Positions 25,401-38,904 of a stretch of 64,000 bases of DNA are shown here, one piece after another. The stretch's first letter is position 1. Every line of letters begins with the position of its first letter. The position numbers and the translations under genes are program-made. The notes under the pieces were generated by a model. It was not told the DNA's origin. It worked only from the letters and a program-made list of their open reading frames with translations, and ran no database searches. This DNA is from Octopus bimaculoides (lineage: Eukaryota). Location of the stretch: contig NC_068985.1 of the NCBI RefSeq assembly GCF_001194135.2, positions 4,882,254 through 4,946,253 on the forward strand. Direction: 5' to 3'.

Positions 25401-26184
25401 GTTTTTTTTTTCTTTCTTTCTCTTTTTCTCCTTTTTCTTTCTTTCTTCACTCATGCTCCTGTTTTCTTAGGTTTGGGATTTGTATTTTAATGTAATTTTC
25501 TATTATATATGTATCATACACATATGTGTTATACATGTACTTAAATTATATTTTTAATAAATAAAACATGTATTGTTTGCATGAACTGAACTACAGTTTC
25601 TTTTTTTTTTTTTTTTTTTTGTAACTTAATGTTCAGCTTATTTTTTTATAATTTAATAAAATATTTCATTGAGGGTTTTTCCTTTTTCTATTGTTTGCAT
25701 GCCTTGGGGGTAAAATCATTAAAACTTATTAAAATATTACTACACTCATTTAATCATCAGCTAATTATTTTTCTTTGATCAGCGTTCATAAAATATTTTC
25801 CATCTCATTAGTACACTGGTATGAGTATTTTTTAAGCCTGCAGATACCTTTAACTACTGATGTACTTTGGGTTGTCTTTTTTTTTTCTTTTTCTTTCCCT
25901 CCCCATTCTCTTCTAAAAGGTAGATATTGTAGATTTGGCTAATCTATAAAATTTGAATTAATTTCAAATTTTCATAAGGCCAGTATTTCAGGGGAGGGAG
26001 TAAGTCAATCACATCAACTCCCACCCTCCATGCTCAACTGGTACTTAATTTATTGACCCCAAAAGGATGAAAAGCAAAAGTCAGCCTCAGTGGAATTTGA
26101 ACTCAGAATGTAAAAAATGCTTAGCAGCATTTTGTTCAACATGCTAATGATTCTGCTAGTTCACTGCCTTACATATTTTATTCT

Positions 26185-26387
26185 TTTATTTGTTTCAGTC
26201 ATTTGACTGCGGCCATGCTGGAGCACCACCTTCAGTCGAGCAAATCAACCTCAGGATATTTTCTTTGTAAGCCTAGTACTTATTCTATCAGTCTCTTTTG
26301 CCGAACCGCTAAGTTAAGGGGATGTAAAGGCACCACCATCGGTTGTCAAGCGATGTTAAGGGGACAAACACAGACACACAAACATAT

Positions 26388-26442
<55 letters not shown>

Positions 26443-26655
26443 NNNNNNNNNNNNNNNNNNNNNNNNNNNTATATACATATATATATATATATACGATGGG
26501 CTTCTTTCAGTTTCTGTCTACCAAATCCACTCACAAAGCTTTGGTCAGCCCGAGGCTATAGTAGAAGACACTTGCCCAAGGTGCCATGTAGTGGGAATGA
26601 ACCTGGAATCATGTGGTTGGTAAGCAAGTGCTTACCACACAGCCACTCCTGCGCT
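26185..26655 (-). mobile_element. tRNA-derived SINE family A, near-complete copy with internal (CA)/(TA) tract
   Basis: Matches the other family A copies along its length. Confidence 0.8.
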
Positions 26656-27244
26656 TATTGTATACAGTGCTTCAGGTGCACTACAATTCATCAGATAACT
26701 TACACTGATGCCACTTTCTCTTTTAGAAATAATCTTTTTGCTTTTACAGCAATGTTCTTTCATGCAGACATTGGAAAATATTTTCTGAAAAACAAATGAT
26801 AATCACAATAACATTGATTTTCATATGGAGCCTAATTTATCTTCAGAAACACTGGTTCTGTTTCCAATAAGATAACACACCTCAGTGTTAACAAAAATTA
26901 GATGGAACATGTAAGGGAAAATCAGTTTGATTTTACGTGCAGATTAATTTTGGCATTTCTACAGATGTGTGTTCTGCCATACCGATTTTGTTGCCTTGTA
27001 ACTTCCGGAAAAATGAATATTTTTTTATGAAACTTTCTACAAATACCTTCCAGAATGTGTAGATTACGATTATATTGGAATTTAATGAAAAACAAAAAAA
27101 GTTTGGTGGATTCGTATACATACAGACTGACACAGGTCACATACATCTACAAAATGAGACTCGAAATTTCAAAAAAACTGTAATGTGTGTCAGTATGTGT
27201 GTGTGTTCACACAATTTTACTTTTCACATCAAATTCTGATATAA

Positions 27245-27640
27245 TTGTGGTCGCAAGGCAGATGCTTTGTCTGGGATGTCACAGTTAGCTACTCCTTTGC
27301 TTCTTCTCACATCTTGGATGCTGCGGTCAGGGCAAGATCCACAACTTCTGTGGCTGAGCAGAACAAAATCATGAAATACCACGATCTGTCGGCTAACGAC
27401 ATTTTCCATCCTGTGGCATTCAAGATGTTTGGTGGGGTCGGACCACTAACTGCAAGATTCCTCTCTTCACCGGCAACTCACCTGCAGAGGTAACTGGTGA
27501 GGCTCATGAAAGTGCTTGACTGTTCCAGTGCATCAACTTTGCCATCACCTACAGCAACACTGCAAGCATGCTGCCGTGCCTCAATAGCCATTAGTGAGGT
27601 TTCCAAGCACCCCCAACTTTTCAACCCAAGGTGGAGAGTT
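27245..27640 (+). mobile_element. CRE-like RLE fragment, copy 2
   Basis: GRCFVWDVTVSYSFASSHILD...FHPVAFKMFGGVGP is homologous to copy 1. Confidence 0.72.
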
Positions 27641-28210
27641 GTTTTTTTCTAATTTAATTTTGTAAAACTCTAATATAATAGATAATAAAATCAGGATTTG
27701 AACTCAGAATGTTAAGATAATCATTGTAATTTACACAATCTGAAAAGTATTTGTAGAAAATTTCATGAAAAAAACACACACTTTTCTGAAAGTTATGAGG
27801 AACAATACCAACTCATGTAAATTTTCCGAAACTCCACAGAAAAAACTTTTTCACAAATTCCAATATAATTGGAATCTACACCATCTGAAGCGTATTTCTT
27901 TGATGAATATCAATTTTTTTGGAGGGTATGAGGAAACAAAGTCGTAGAGAGAGCACACATTAGTAGGAATGCCTTAATTTTCTGTAGATGTAACAAATTC
28001 TCCTCTTGGATATTTGGAATGGTGCGATATATCATTTTGTGCCCTTTTGGTTCGACAACTCTGTAATACAATACATACTATGCAAGGGAGATAATTCAGG
28101 ATGACTTTAAGTTCTTCATGTGCCAACACATAAACAGCGCGCGCGCATACGAACGCACACTATTTTTTGAAAATCAGTCAATGAAATGATTGTATTAATG
28201 TCCAAATTAA

Positions 28211-29325
28211 CCCATTCGTGCCGAAATTTTTCTAGTAAATGAAATTGCCTGGGAGTTCACAGATACTACTATTTTGGGTCAATGGAAATACCTTCACCTG
28301 GGAACAGAAAAAGAAACAAACCAGCATCGGAGATGCTAACAAGTGTGTGGAAAACAAATATGAAAAAGAATGTGCGCTGACGACCCGGGGGGGAGGGGAA
28401 AATTCACAAGATTTGATTTTTCCGTCATCGGGTAAAATGTATCTATATTGATTTTTTTTTTTTTTTTTATGGAACCCACGTTTTTGGTTATGGAGGATCC
28501 GATTATGAAAAAAGGTTTTTCAAAATTCTTTTTTCACTTTTCCCGAAATTTTATTATTTTTTTTGTAGAAAAATACGAAGATTATGATTCTGAAAAAAAT
28601 TTTGTTTGTAAAATTTCNNNNNNNNNNNNNNNNNNNNNNNNNNNNNNNNNNNNNNNNNNNNNNNNNNNNNNNNNNNNNNNNNNNNNNNNNNNNNNNNNNN
28701 NNNNNNNNNNNNNNNNNNNNNNNNNNNNNNNNNNNNNNNNNNNNNNNNNNNNNNNNNNNNNNNNNNNNNNNNNNNNNNNNNNNNNNNNNNNNNNNNNNNN
28801 NNNNNNNNNNNNNNNNNNNNNNNNNNNNNNNNNNNNNNNNNNNNNNNNNNNNNNNNNNNNNNNNNNNNNNNNNNNNNNNNNNNNNNNNNNNNNNNNNNNN
28901 NNNNNNNNNNNNNNNNNNNNNNNNNNNNNNNNNNNNNNNNNNNNNNNNNNNNNNNNNNNNNNNNNNNNNNNNNNNNNNNNNNNNNNNNNNNNNNNNNNNN
29001 NNNNNNNNNNNNNNNNNNNNNNNNNNNNNNNNNNNNNNNNNNNNNNNNNNNNNNNNNNNNNNNNNNNNNNNNNNNNNNNNNNNNNNNNNNNNNNNNNNNN
29101 NNNNNNNNNNNNNNNNNNNNNNNNNNNNNNNNNNNNNNNNNNNNGCCCTAAATAACAACAGACAAAATATTTCATTGAAATCCGTTTGATGCAGACTGCA
29201 TACGCGTTAAGAACAGGTTTCATTCTTTGATACAGATCATACACAAATCACAACTTGTATCAAGTATTTGTTTTATACCCTTATAAATTAAGTGTCAGTT
29301 TAAACGGACGATCGGCTTGAATGGG
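28211..29325. mobile_element. Non-autonomous piggyBac-type element
   Basis: TTAA on both sides (28207-10, 29326-29). TIR CCCATTCGTGCCGA versus CCCATTCAAGCCGA (12/14). Interior partly N. Confidence 0.75.
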
Positions 29326-29665
29326 TTAATGGAAACATTCGTTACCGTGATTTCCGTACACTTTCTCATTATAAAGAGTTGTGTGTGTGTGTATAATTAT
29401 ATACATACATACATACATACATATATATATAGGCCAGCCATAAGGCGATAGCGTGGAGGCGCAATGGCCCAGTGGTTAGGGCAGGGGACTCGCGGTTTCG
29501 ACTCCCAGACAGGGCGTTGTGAGTGTTTATTGAGCGAATACACCTAAAGCTCCACAAGGTTCCGGCAGGGGGGGGTGGCGAACCCTGCTATACACTTTCA
29601 CCGCAACTTTCTCTCACTCTTTCTTCTCGTTTCTGTTATACATGTACTTCAAAGGGCCAGCTTTG

Positions 29666-29707
<42 letters not shown>

Positions 29708-30731
29708 GCGTAGGAGTGGTTGTGTGGTAAGTAGCTTGCTTATCAACCACTTTGTATGTATGTAACATGTTCCATCGCAACTCATGTTTGCTTGGTATTC
29801 ATGCATTGTATTATTAGGAATAAAACAATGAAAATAGTTCCAATCATTGCAAATGTATCGTAACGGACTCTTCCCGAAGAGTTCGGCAATTTCTGTTGTT
29901 TGAGTAAGAACGACACAGCCCTGAACATAGAGTTACCATCACCCATGACTTTATTAAAGGGTTGATTGAAATTAATAAATTAATTCTACGTTTATGGATT
30001 TGTGTTGCAAGATTCCTGATGTGAAATCTCCAGTAGTCATTAATTTTTCTTTTCTTTTTTTGCCAAACACACGCACCATATATTCCTTCTTCGCTCGTTT
30101 ATTCCTGTTCTTATACTAACTCATGTCCTATTTCTTTACTGCCCACAAAGGGCTACACAGAGAGGGCAGACAAACGGATTAAGTCGATTATATTGACCCC
30201 AGTGCGTAACTGGTACTTAATTCATCGACCCCGAAAGGATGAAAAGCAAAGTCGACCTCGGCGGAATTTGAACTCAGAACTCATGTCCATTGTCCGGACA
30301 ATGGACATGAGTTAAAATAAGAACAGGAATAATTAAGTGAAGAAGGAATATATGGTGCGTGTGTTTATTTAGCCAAAAAAATAATAATAATAATAATAAT
30401 GACCATCCCGAAATGCAACAATAATAAATTAATATAACTGTTGAATATTTTTTCAGTAAATTTAGTAAGGGACTTCACCTTCAGTTTAAACTTTACGTGG
30501 TTTTGTGAACAGAACGCGACGGAAAACTACAACCCCCAAACGGGATAAGATTCTAAGTGATAGGAATTTCTCCTCAAGAAATTTGTCTTTCTAACTTTGC
30601 GATGGATGAATGAGTGATTATAATTTTGTAAATAATAAAAACGAAGTTAATAAGGTACTTCACCTTCAATGTTGTTGACTTCAGACGTCGTCTTCTTCGT
30701 GAAGAGAAAAATGATTTGACTCGAAGTATTT

Positions 30732-30763
30732 AGCAGACGATAATTTTAAAATTATCGTCTGCT
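30732..30763. repeat. Perfect 32-bp palindrome AGCAGACGATAATTTT-AAAATTATCGTCTGCT
   Basis: Read directly; zero-spacer inverted repeat. Confidence 0.95.
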
Positions 30764-30845
30764 CACAAATGGGGAGGAAATGAATACTTCGGTTATTTCC
30801 GGATAATTTCGGTTTAAACCGAGTCGTGTCTATGAATGTATGTTG

Positions 30846-30980
30846 GGGAGAGAGGAGAGAGAGAGAGAGAGAAAGAAAGAGAGAGAGAGAGACAAGCAGA
30901 GAATGAGAGAGTGAGAGACAGAAGGAAAGAGAGCAAGAGACAGAAGGAAAGAGAGCGAGAGAGAGAGAGAGAGAGGGGGA
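30846..30980. repeat. (GA)n-rich microsatellite next to a CpG-containing stretch
   Basis: Read directly. One of many simple repeats ((TA)n, (CA)n, (GAT)n, (TAA)n) in the window. Confidence 0.9.
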
Positions 30981-31285
30981 ACGCGCGAGAATGTTACTCT
31001 GAAAGATAGCTGTATTAACGATACCATTCCACTCCCACTCTACACTTATCACTTACAAGTTACACAACTCTGTTCTTCTTTTGATATCAGTTACACTCAT
31101 TATGCCAGCACCGCCATTGCCCTTACTTAGATAACTTAAATAGGTTTCGTCTAGTAGAGGGGCAGGCCATGTCTAACTTAATAGCACTACTAACATTCTT
31201 GCCCAACCAATCCTTCAATTTTAAAAGTTATAAGATATATATATATATATATATCTTATCACAGTCTGTTAAAGTCTGTCATACC

Positions 31286-31325
31286 GGCCATGACGAAGGG
31301 AAATAGCCCTGAAACTCGAGTCGCC
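31286..31325 (+). ncRNA. Degenerate minimal type I hammerhead motif between (TA)n tracts
   Basis: ggc-c(a)TGACGA-AGGG aaatag CCCT-GAAA-CTCGAG-TC-gcc. Helix II and the palindromic helix III are intact, but the core has an extra or substituted base. Confidence 0.5.
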
Positions 31326-32058
31326 TTTATATATATATATTTATATTTATATATTTATATATTTGATCCTTTATATTGAACACTCAATATTTCATCTACA
31401 TTCAATACTTTCTTTCATGGTGCCATCCATTTTTATGTTATTTTATTTTATATTGTATATTGTATATCATATTATATATTCCATATTCTATACCCCACAT
31501 TAGTTCTGCAGGAATATAAATAAAACATAAAAAACAGACAGTGTTGGAACTCTTTTAAGCAAAATAATATATTCCTCTATACACAATCATACAAAAAACC
31601 CCACCTTTTTTGTATTTATTTTTACTCGCATATATNNNNNNNNNNNNNNNNNNNNNNNNNNNNNNNNNNNNNNNNNNNNNNNNNNNNNNNNNNNNNNNNN
31701 NNNNNNNNNNNNNNNNNNNNNNNNNNNNNNNNNNNNNNNNNNNNNNNNNNNNNNNNNNNNNNNNNNNNNNNNNNNNNNNNNNNNNNNNNNNNNNNNNNNN
31801 NNNNNNNNNNNNNNNNNNNNNNNNNNNNNNNNNNNNNNNNNNNNNNNNNNNNNNNNNNNNNNNNNNNNNNNNNNNNNNNNNNNNNNNNNNNNNNNNNNNN
31901 NNNNNNNNNNNNNNNNNNNNNNNNNNNNNNNNNNNNNNNNNNNNNNNNNNNNNNNNNNNNNNNNNNNNNNNNNNNTATATAACTTTTATAAGGAATATTC
32001 TAAAAGAATATGTAACTGAACTTATATTGAGTGCTCTATTATTTTGAGCAAATATATA

Positions 32059-32090
<32 letters not shown>

Positions 32091-32900
32091 AATATGACAA
32101 CAAAAGAATGAATGAGACCTATTATGTAAATAGAGGAGCGTTTTTGTCTTAATAATTGATGAGATGTCAAGTAGCCTTTAGCTCCAGCATCTGGAACACC
32201 ACTATTATGACAAGAAACTGATTGTCCTATATTATATATACAGACATACACACACACACAGCAATAAGAAAATGGAGGGGATCAAGATGTGGTATTCATC
32301 AACTTTTAGACATTATGTCTATTCATTTATTTTTTATAAAAGCAATTATAACAATATACATACATGTATAACATATTATGCTTTACATATACAATATATA
32401 AAAATACCAGTAATTATTAAAATATATAATTTGGAGCATAGAAAGTAGAAAGCATCCTACTTTCTACACTCAAGTTACATATTTTAATAATTACTGGTAT
32501 ATTTATATATTGTATATGTAAAGCATATTATGCTATACATGTATGTATATTGTTATAATGGCTTTTTTTTTTAAATAAATAAACAGGCATAATATAATGT
32601 CTAAAAGTTGATGAATACCGCCTCTTGATCCTCTCCATTTTCTTATTGCTGTATAAATTAAGGGTAAAAAAAACCTTATTTACCCTCACCCATTTATTAC
32701 ATTCGGTAGTGTAATTGTCATGCAATGAAAAAACACTTGTGTATTAGTAATTGGGTATTCTACCAGCAGCATATTGGATAGATATTATCCCTTAGTTGGA
32801 TTCACAACCTCTAACTCTCTTGGAATTATATATATTCGCCATGATAGATCAGTAGCCACTACACATTCTTTATTTTCTCTCCTTGATTCTTTCTGTGTTC

Positions 32901-32936
32901 GTTTCTGTGGAAGAGCGTAGGCTTGAAATGTTAAAA
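32901..32936 (+). ncRNA. Degenerate hammerhead-like motif (same family as 34950-34985)
   Basis: tttCTGTGGA-A-GAGC gtag GCTT-GAAA-tgttaaaa. Confidence 0.4.
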
Positions 32937-33028
32937 ATTTTTTTCACTTCCTGAGCATTATACTAATACATCTGTTTGTTGTCTACACCACCTGTCTTCG
33001 TCTGTTGTCTTTTTCATGAATTTTCCCT

Positions 33029-33059
<31 letters not shown>

Positions 33060-34949
33060 AACAAATAGTAAATGAGTATATGCATATATACATACAGGTA
33101 TGTGCATACCGACATCCACTTGTATGTATAGGTGCATATCTGGGTACAGGACATTGCAAACAAAACGTAGACGAGAAAACACACAAGCCACATAGAGAAC
33201 ATTCTTCTTCATCATATATATATATATATATATATATATGCACGCACACATACATATNNNNNNNNNNNNNNNNNNNNNNNNNNNNNNNNNNNNNNNNNNN
33301 NNNNNNNNNNNNNNNNNNNNNNNNNNNNNNNNNNNNNNNNNNNNNNNNNNNNNNNNNNNNNNNNNNNNNNNNNNNNNNNNNNNNNNNNNNNNNNNNNNNN
33401 NNNNNNNNNNNNNNNNNNNNNNNNNNNNNNNNNNNNNNNNNNNNNNNNNNNNNNNNNNNNNNNNNNNNNNNNNNNNNNNNNNNNNNNNNNNNNNNNNNNN
33501 NNNNNNNNNNNNNNNNNNNNNNNNNNNNNNNNNNNNNNNNNNNNNNNNNNNNNNNNNNNNNNNNNNNNNNNNNNNNNNNNNNNNNNNNNNNNNNNNNNNN
33601 NNNNNNNNNNNNNNNNNNNNNNNNNNNNNNNNNNNNNNNNNNNNNNNNNNNNNNNNNNNNNNNNNNNNNNNNNNNNNNNNNNNNNNNNNNNNNNNNNNNN
33701 NNNNNNNNNNNNNNNNNNNNNNNNNNNNNNNNNNNNNNNNNNNNNNNNNNNNNNNNNNNNNNNNNNNNNNNNNNNNNNNNNNNNNNNNNNNNNNNNNNNN
33801 NNNNNNNNNNNNNNNNNNNNNNNNNNNNNNNNNNNNNNNNNNNNNNNNNNNNNNNNNNNNNNNNNNNNNNNNNNNNNNNNNNNNNNNNNNNNNNNNNNNN
33901 NNNNNNNNNNNNNNNNNNNNNNNNNNNNNNNNNNNNNNNNNNNNNNNNNNNNNNNNNNNNNNNNNNNNNNNNNNNNNNNNNNNNNNNNNNNNNNNNNNNN
34001 NNNNNNNNNNNNNNNNNNNNNNNNNNNNNNNNNNNNNNNNNNNNNNNNNNNNNNNNNNNNNNNNNNNNNNNNNNNNNNNNNNNNNNNNNNNNNNNNNNNN
34101 NNNNNNNNNNNNNNNNNNNNNNNNNNNNNNNNNNNNNNNNNNNNNNNNNNNNNNNNNNNNNNNNNNNNTATATATACACACACTCATACACACGTGTGTG
34201 TGTGTGTGTGTGAGTGTATAACAAATAGTGAGGGCTGATCAATCCAGGTAAAATACTCCATAAGCTCTCTGTTGGTACACCACGCTAACACTATTACTTA
34301 GATTAGTGAAGAATTCCAAGCAATCTTTTGGTAGGGTCCCAAGTTATGGTTCATCACAATTCTATACTGTAAATCCCTGGATGGGCTTCAGATGAATTGG
34401 TTTTTACAGAGTGAGATATAAGAAACAAGTTACAAATAATGGCCATTACACATAATTCCTTTATTACAGCAAAACTTGGTTTACAGTTGTTTCCAGTAGT
34501 CATTATAGGTACATTACTGATAGGTTTCCTTAATTGATGAATAGACCAGTTGAGTAAACCTATCAATAATGTACTTAGAATGACTACTGGAAACAGTTGT
34601 AAGCCAAATTTTGCTCTAATAAAGGAATTATATGTAATGGCCATCATTTATAGTTTGTTTCTTATATCTCACTCTGAAATTATTGTGTATAGTGCTCACT
34701 ATATGTGTGTGTGTGTGTGTGTTTGTGCGTGTGACCGTCTTTGTCACTGTTCTACTACAAATAAACATTAAAGAAATAAAAATTTTATATGGAACTTGCC
34801 AAACGTATAGTTTCACTTTCTCGAGACTAATACCAATCAGTAAATATGTCTTTCTTCTTAGTTGAAATTTACAGAAAAACAAAAGGCAAAGACAGGTGTA
34901 TAAACAACAAGCAGGTGTATTAGTGTGATGCTCGGGAAGGTGAGAATGT

Positions 34950-34985
34950 CTTTTATGTTTCGAGCCTACGCTCTTCAACAGAAAG
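34950..34985 (-). ncRNA. Minimal hammerhead-like motif with CUGUUGA core variant
   Basis: The minus strand reads cttt-CTGTTGA-A-GAGC gtag GCTC-GAAA-CATA-AAAG. Helix I is cttt/aaag; CATA is probably CpG-decayed CGTA. Confidence 0.5.
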
Positions 34986-35959
34986 GAATATGAGGAAATA
35001 AACAGAGAGAATAAAAAAAAAACTGGTGGATTTAGCAGTCAATCAGGGTAAATGGTTGGAGAAAAGTAGTTGGACAGGAGAGCTGCACAAGCACAGCTTC
35101 ACTCGAGGGAAGGGAATTGGAGGGCAGGGAATTTAAATTACAATTTTTTTTTTTTTGCTTATATCCCAGCAATGAACCACACATGATACTTTCCTATCAT
35201 CAAACCATAAAATGTGTTTATCACGAGAAAAAATTGAAAAACTTCAATGCATGTGAGAGTGATAAAGAAACAAGGAAGGTGTTCATGGGATATAATAGAA
35301 ACAACAGTCAAATCTCCCTTGAATGACATACCTTTTCATCTATATATATATATATATATATATATGTGNNNNNNNNNNNNNNNGTTTTCGTGCGGGTGAC
35401 ACGTAAAAGCACCCACTACACTCTCTGAGTGGTTGGCGTTAGGAAGGGCATCCAGCTGTAGAAACTCTGCCAAATTAGATTGGAGCCTGGTGTAGCCATC
35501 CGGTTGCACCAGTCCTCAGTCAAATCGTCCAACCCATGCTAGCATGGAAGCGGACGTTAAACGATGATGATGATGATGATGATATTGCACCAAAAAGGCT
35601 TCTCCCATGGTTTTTTAGCATGCAGTGCCCAAAACATTAGCTGGAGGGTGGTACTGAGGGGTGGTGATGAAAATCATAAATTTTCAAATAGGTGTTTTTT
35701 CATAAAAAAGATACCCTCCCTCCCACTATATCATTTCGAAGGCTGTGGTGGAAAATAAATTGGAAAAATCCCCATCAAGACTAAAAAAATCTAATTGATG
35801 TGAATGTCCTGATCAGAAACTCCGATAAAAAAAAAAAAATTGATAAATCTCCATTTTTCTGGAACTTATGAAAACATAAAGCCAACTTGCATAAATTTTA
35901 TAAAACTTCTCTCCCAACCCTCGAAAAAAAATTTCATAACAAATTCTGATATACATTAT

Positions 35960-36200
35960 TTACATTTGACAGATATTTGTCCTCATCTTGTTTATTGTTA
36001 ACACAACGTGTCGGCTGATATACCCTCCAGCCTTCATCAGGTGTCTTGGGGAAATTTCGAACCTAGGTTCTCATTCCTAAGGTATTTTTCGATGTTACTG
36101 TTATTATTATAATTATTCAGGTCACTGCCTGGAATCGATCTCGGAATCTTGGGGTTAGTAGCCCACACTCTTAACCACTATGCCATATGTCTGTGGGCAA
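35960..36200 (-). mobile_element. SINE-like element: tRNA-like head (A box TGGCATAGTGG, B-box-like GAGATCGATTCC), (TAA)n spacer, hammerhead-containing tail (copy 2, most complete)
   Basis: The minus strand reads ...gacac CTGATGA A GGCTG gagggtatat CAGCC GACA CGTT GTGTT (hammerhead at 36045-36000). Confidence 0.75.
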
Positions 36201-38720
36201 TTATGAGGAGAATTTTAGGGCTTATAAATCTAATATTTTCCTATCCTTCCTTAATACCGATTCCCATATGCTTTCATATCTGCACTCGGTCTGCTTAGGG
36301 ATTTATGTAATCTGAAGTGTGAACATAAAAAAAAATATTCTGGAAGTTATGAGGAAACAAATTTGGAGTGGGTGGGCACACTTGTGAAAGTATGCCTAAA
36401 AAATAGACATTTTTCTGAAAGTTATGAGGAAACAAAACTTTCCTTTCGAGGGCTAATATTTCCTTTCAAGGGCTAATACAGAATCCCAGCCCCTGGAAAA
36501 ATGCATTTAAAAAAAAATATTTTTCGGATTCTTACATTTTAGATGTCGGAGATTACAAATATGCAAAAAAAAAATTATAATTTCATTCTCCACACCCATC
36601 CAATTAAAAATCTTTGAACTTTTTTCAAAATTTTTTTCTCCTATATTTTAGATGACGGAGATTCTGAATACGCAAGAAACCACCTTTTCAAGATTTTTAA
36701 TTCAAAAAGCATATAGATATATGTATAAAGAATAGATAGATATGAATGTCTTCCTGGGGTTAAAAACAATAGTAACACCGTCTTTTATAGGACTGCCACA
36801 TTTAATTGACAAATATCTCTTATGAATAAACAGATAGGGATAAATAGATTGACAGACAAATAAATGTATGGTTGAAACAGCTCAAAATTTAAAATTGGGG
36901 GAGGGGGTAAAATTTAAGCCCCTTGTTAAATTTTATAACATTAATGCTTGTTTCTCATAAAATGGTGTATATTTAATTTGATTACTTAAGGCAAACAAGT
37001 AAAATGCAAATTATTTTCACTTAAACGCTTTTGTCTATATTTAATTTCAATTTGCATATGTTCGTCAATTTGCTACAATCTGTTTAAAGAAAACAGAATC
37101 AAAATTTTAAATTGGGTGGGGGGGGCAAGTGGTGGTGGTTTTGGGATNNNNNNNNNNNNNNNNNNNNNNNNNNNNNNNNNNNNNNNNNNNNNNNNNNNNN
37201 NNNNNNNNNNNNNNNNNNNNNNNNNNNNNNNNNNNNNNNNNNNNNNNNNNNNNNNNNNNNNNNNNNNNNNNNNNNNNNGGATATCTTTTAATGAAATTAT
37301 ATATATATTCCTTTCAAACAGCATGCATTACGGATGCCTAATGTGCCACAAATCTCTTATTTTTGTTTGGCGGGTAGAAACCGGAACTATTGGAAAAAGT
37401 TTTTATTTTTTTCAATGACTGAATTACGGTGACCTAATCTGCAATCTGGGATTAATATATCCAGTGATTTTTAAGAGATATATAAAAGATATTTCGTTTT
37501 AATATTCTTTTCTACTCTAGGCACAAGGCCCAAAATTTTTGGGGAGGGAGCCAGTCGATTAGATCGACCCTAGTACGCAACTGGTACTTAATTTATTGAC
37601 CCCAAAAGGATGAAATGCAAAGTCGACCTTGGTGGAATTTGAACGCAGAATGTAAAGACAGACGGAATACTGCTAAGCAAGTGTGGCATGTTAACGTTTC
37701 TGCCAGCTCCCTGCCTTCATTTTGTTTTATTAGCACACCGAGTGAACTGCTTGGTGGTATTTCGTCAGCCATTATACGTTCTGAGTTCGAAATCCGCCAA
37801 GGTCGACTTTGCCTTTCATCCTTTCAGGGTCGATTAAATAAGTACCAGTTACGCACTGGGGTCGATGTAATCGACTTAATCCCTTTGTCTGTTCTTGTTT
37901 GACCCCTCTATTTTTAGCCCCCTGTGGGAAATAAGAAAATAAATATTATAATTTTACTTGTTTCCCCCACACACAAACACTAACGTGGTTTTTGTAGGGA
38001 TTTTCTATCATTCTTTCTCTCTTCTGTCCAGACTGCGTAACCACTAATTTTTATAACTTCAGCATTTCCATTTATTATTCTTTTCAAACTTGCTTGAATT
38101 TTCAATCTAATGTAATCCACATTCTAGAAAACGTATTTCGGCAAAATGTTATCTTAAAATATGGATAAAGAAAAGGGGCTAATGCAGTTTCGCCCCTCAC
38201 CTTCAAAAACGCATTTTTGGGGGTCCCTCACCTTTATTTTTCCAAACAAAAATTAGGGGTTTACGGCACATTAGGCATCCATAATGCATATCGTTTAAAA
38301 GTTATTTATATACAACTTTGGCGAAGGTAAAGAATACGCACACCCGGTGGTTAGGGGTTAGGGTATTTGTTACGCCGAAAACCGGTGGTATACGTATTCT
38401 TTATTGCCCCCACAACTTCATTAAAAGATATTTATTTTCCTCAAAGTTATGGGCAAAAACCTCGGCTCTTGTGAATTTTTCAAAGTCCTCTCCCTACCCT
38501 CTCGGAAAAGATTCTACCCACAAATTTCTTTATAACCATAATGTACGCCGTTTGAAAAGTATTTATATAAAATTTCATTTAAAAAAATCCCATTTTCCTA
38601 AAATGAGGGAAAAACTCGGATCTTGTGAATTTTCCGAAGTCCTTTCCCCATCCACCACCATTGCTTTCCGCGCATTTTTGTTTTCATATTCGTTTCCTAC
38701 ACATTTTTTTTTTTTTTTTT

Positions 38721-38904
38721 GGTAAATTTTCTGATCTTCACTAGGGTGTTAGGGTTAGGGTTAGGATTAGCGTTTAGGGTTATGGTTACGGTTTTAGGGT
38801 TAGGATTAGGGTTAGGGAATTCCGTCCCTAACCATAACCATAACCATAACCGTAACCCTAACACCCTATTGAAGATCGTGCGGGTGTTAATCTGAAAATT
38901 TACC
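38721..38904. mobile_element. MITE with GGTAAATTTT TIR and internal head-to-head telomere-like arrays
   Basis: A TTAGGG-like arm, central agggaattccgtccct, then a CCCTAA/CCATAA arm. Flanks are poly-T (7/8 match as an 8-bp TSD). Confidence 0.75.

Noticed and set aside
36120-36185. Functional tRNA gene (anticodon loop CUACUAA) and other tRNA-like heads
   Set aside because: T and acceptor stems are imperfect and each head is fused to a repeated SINE body.
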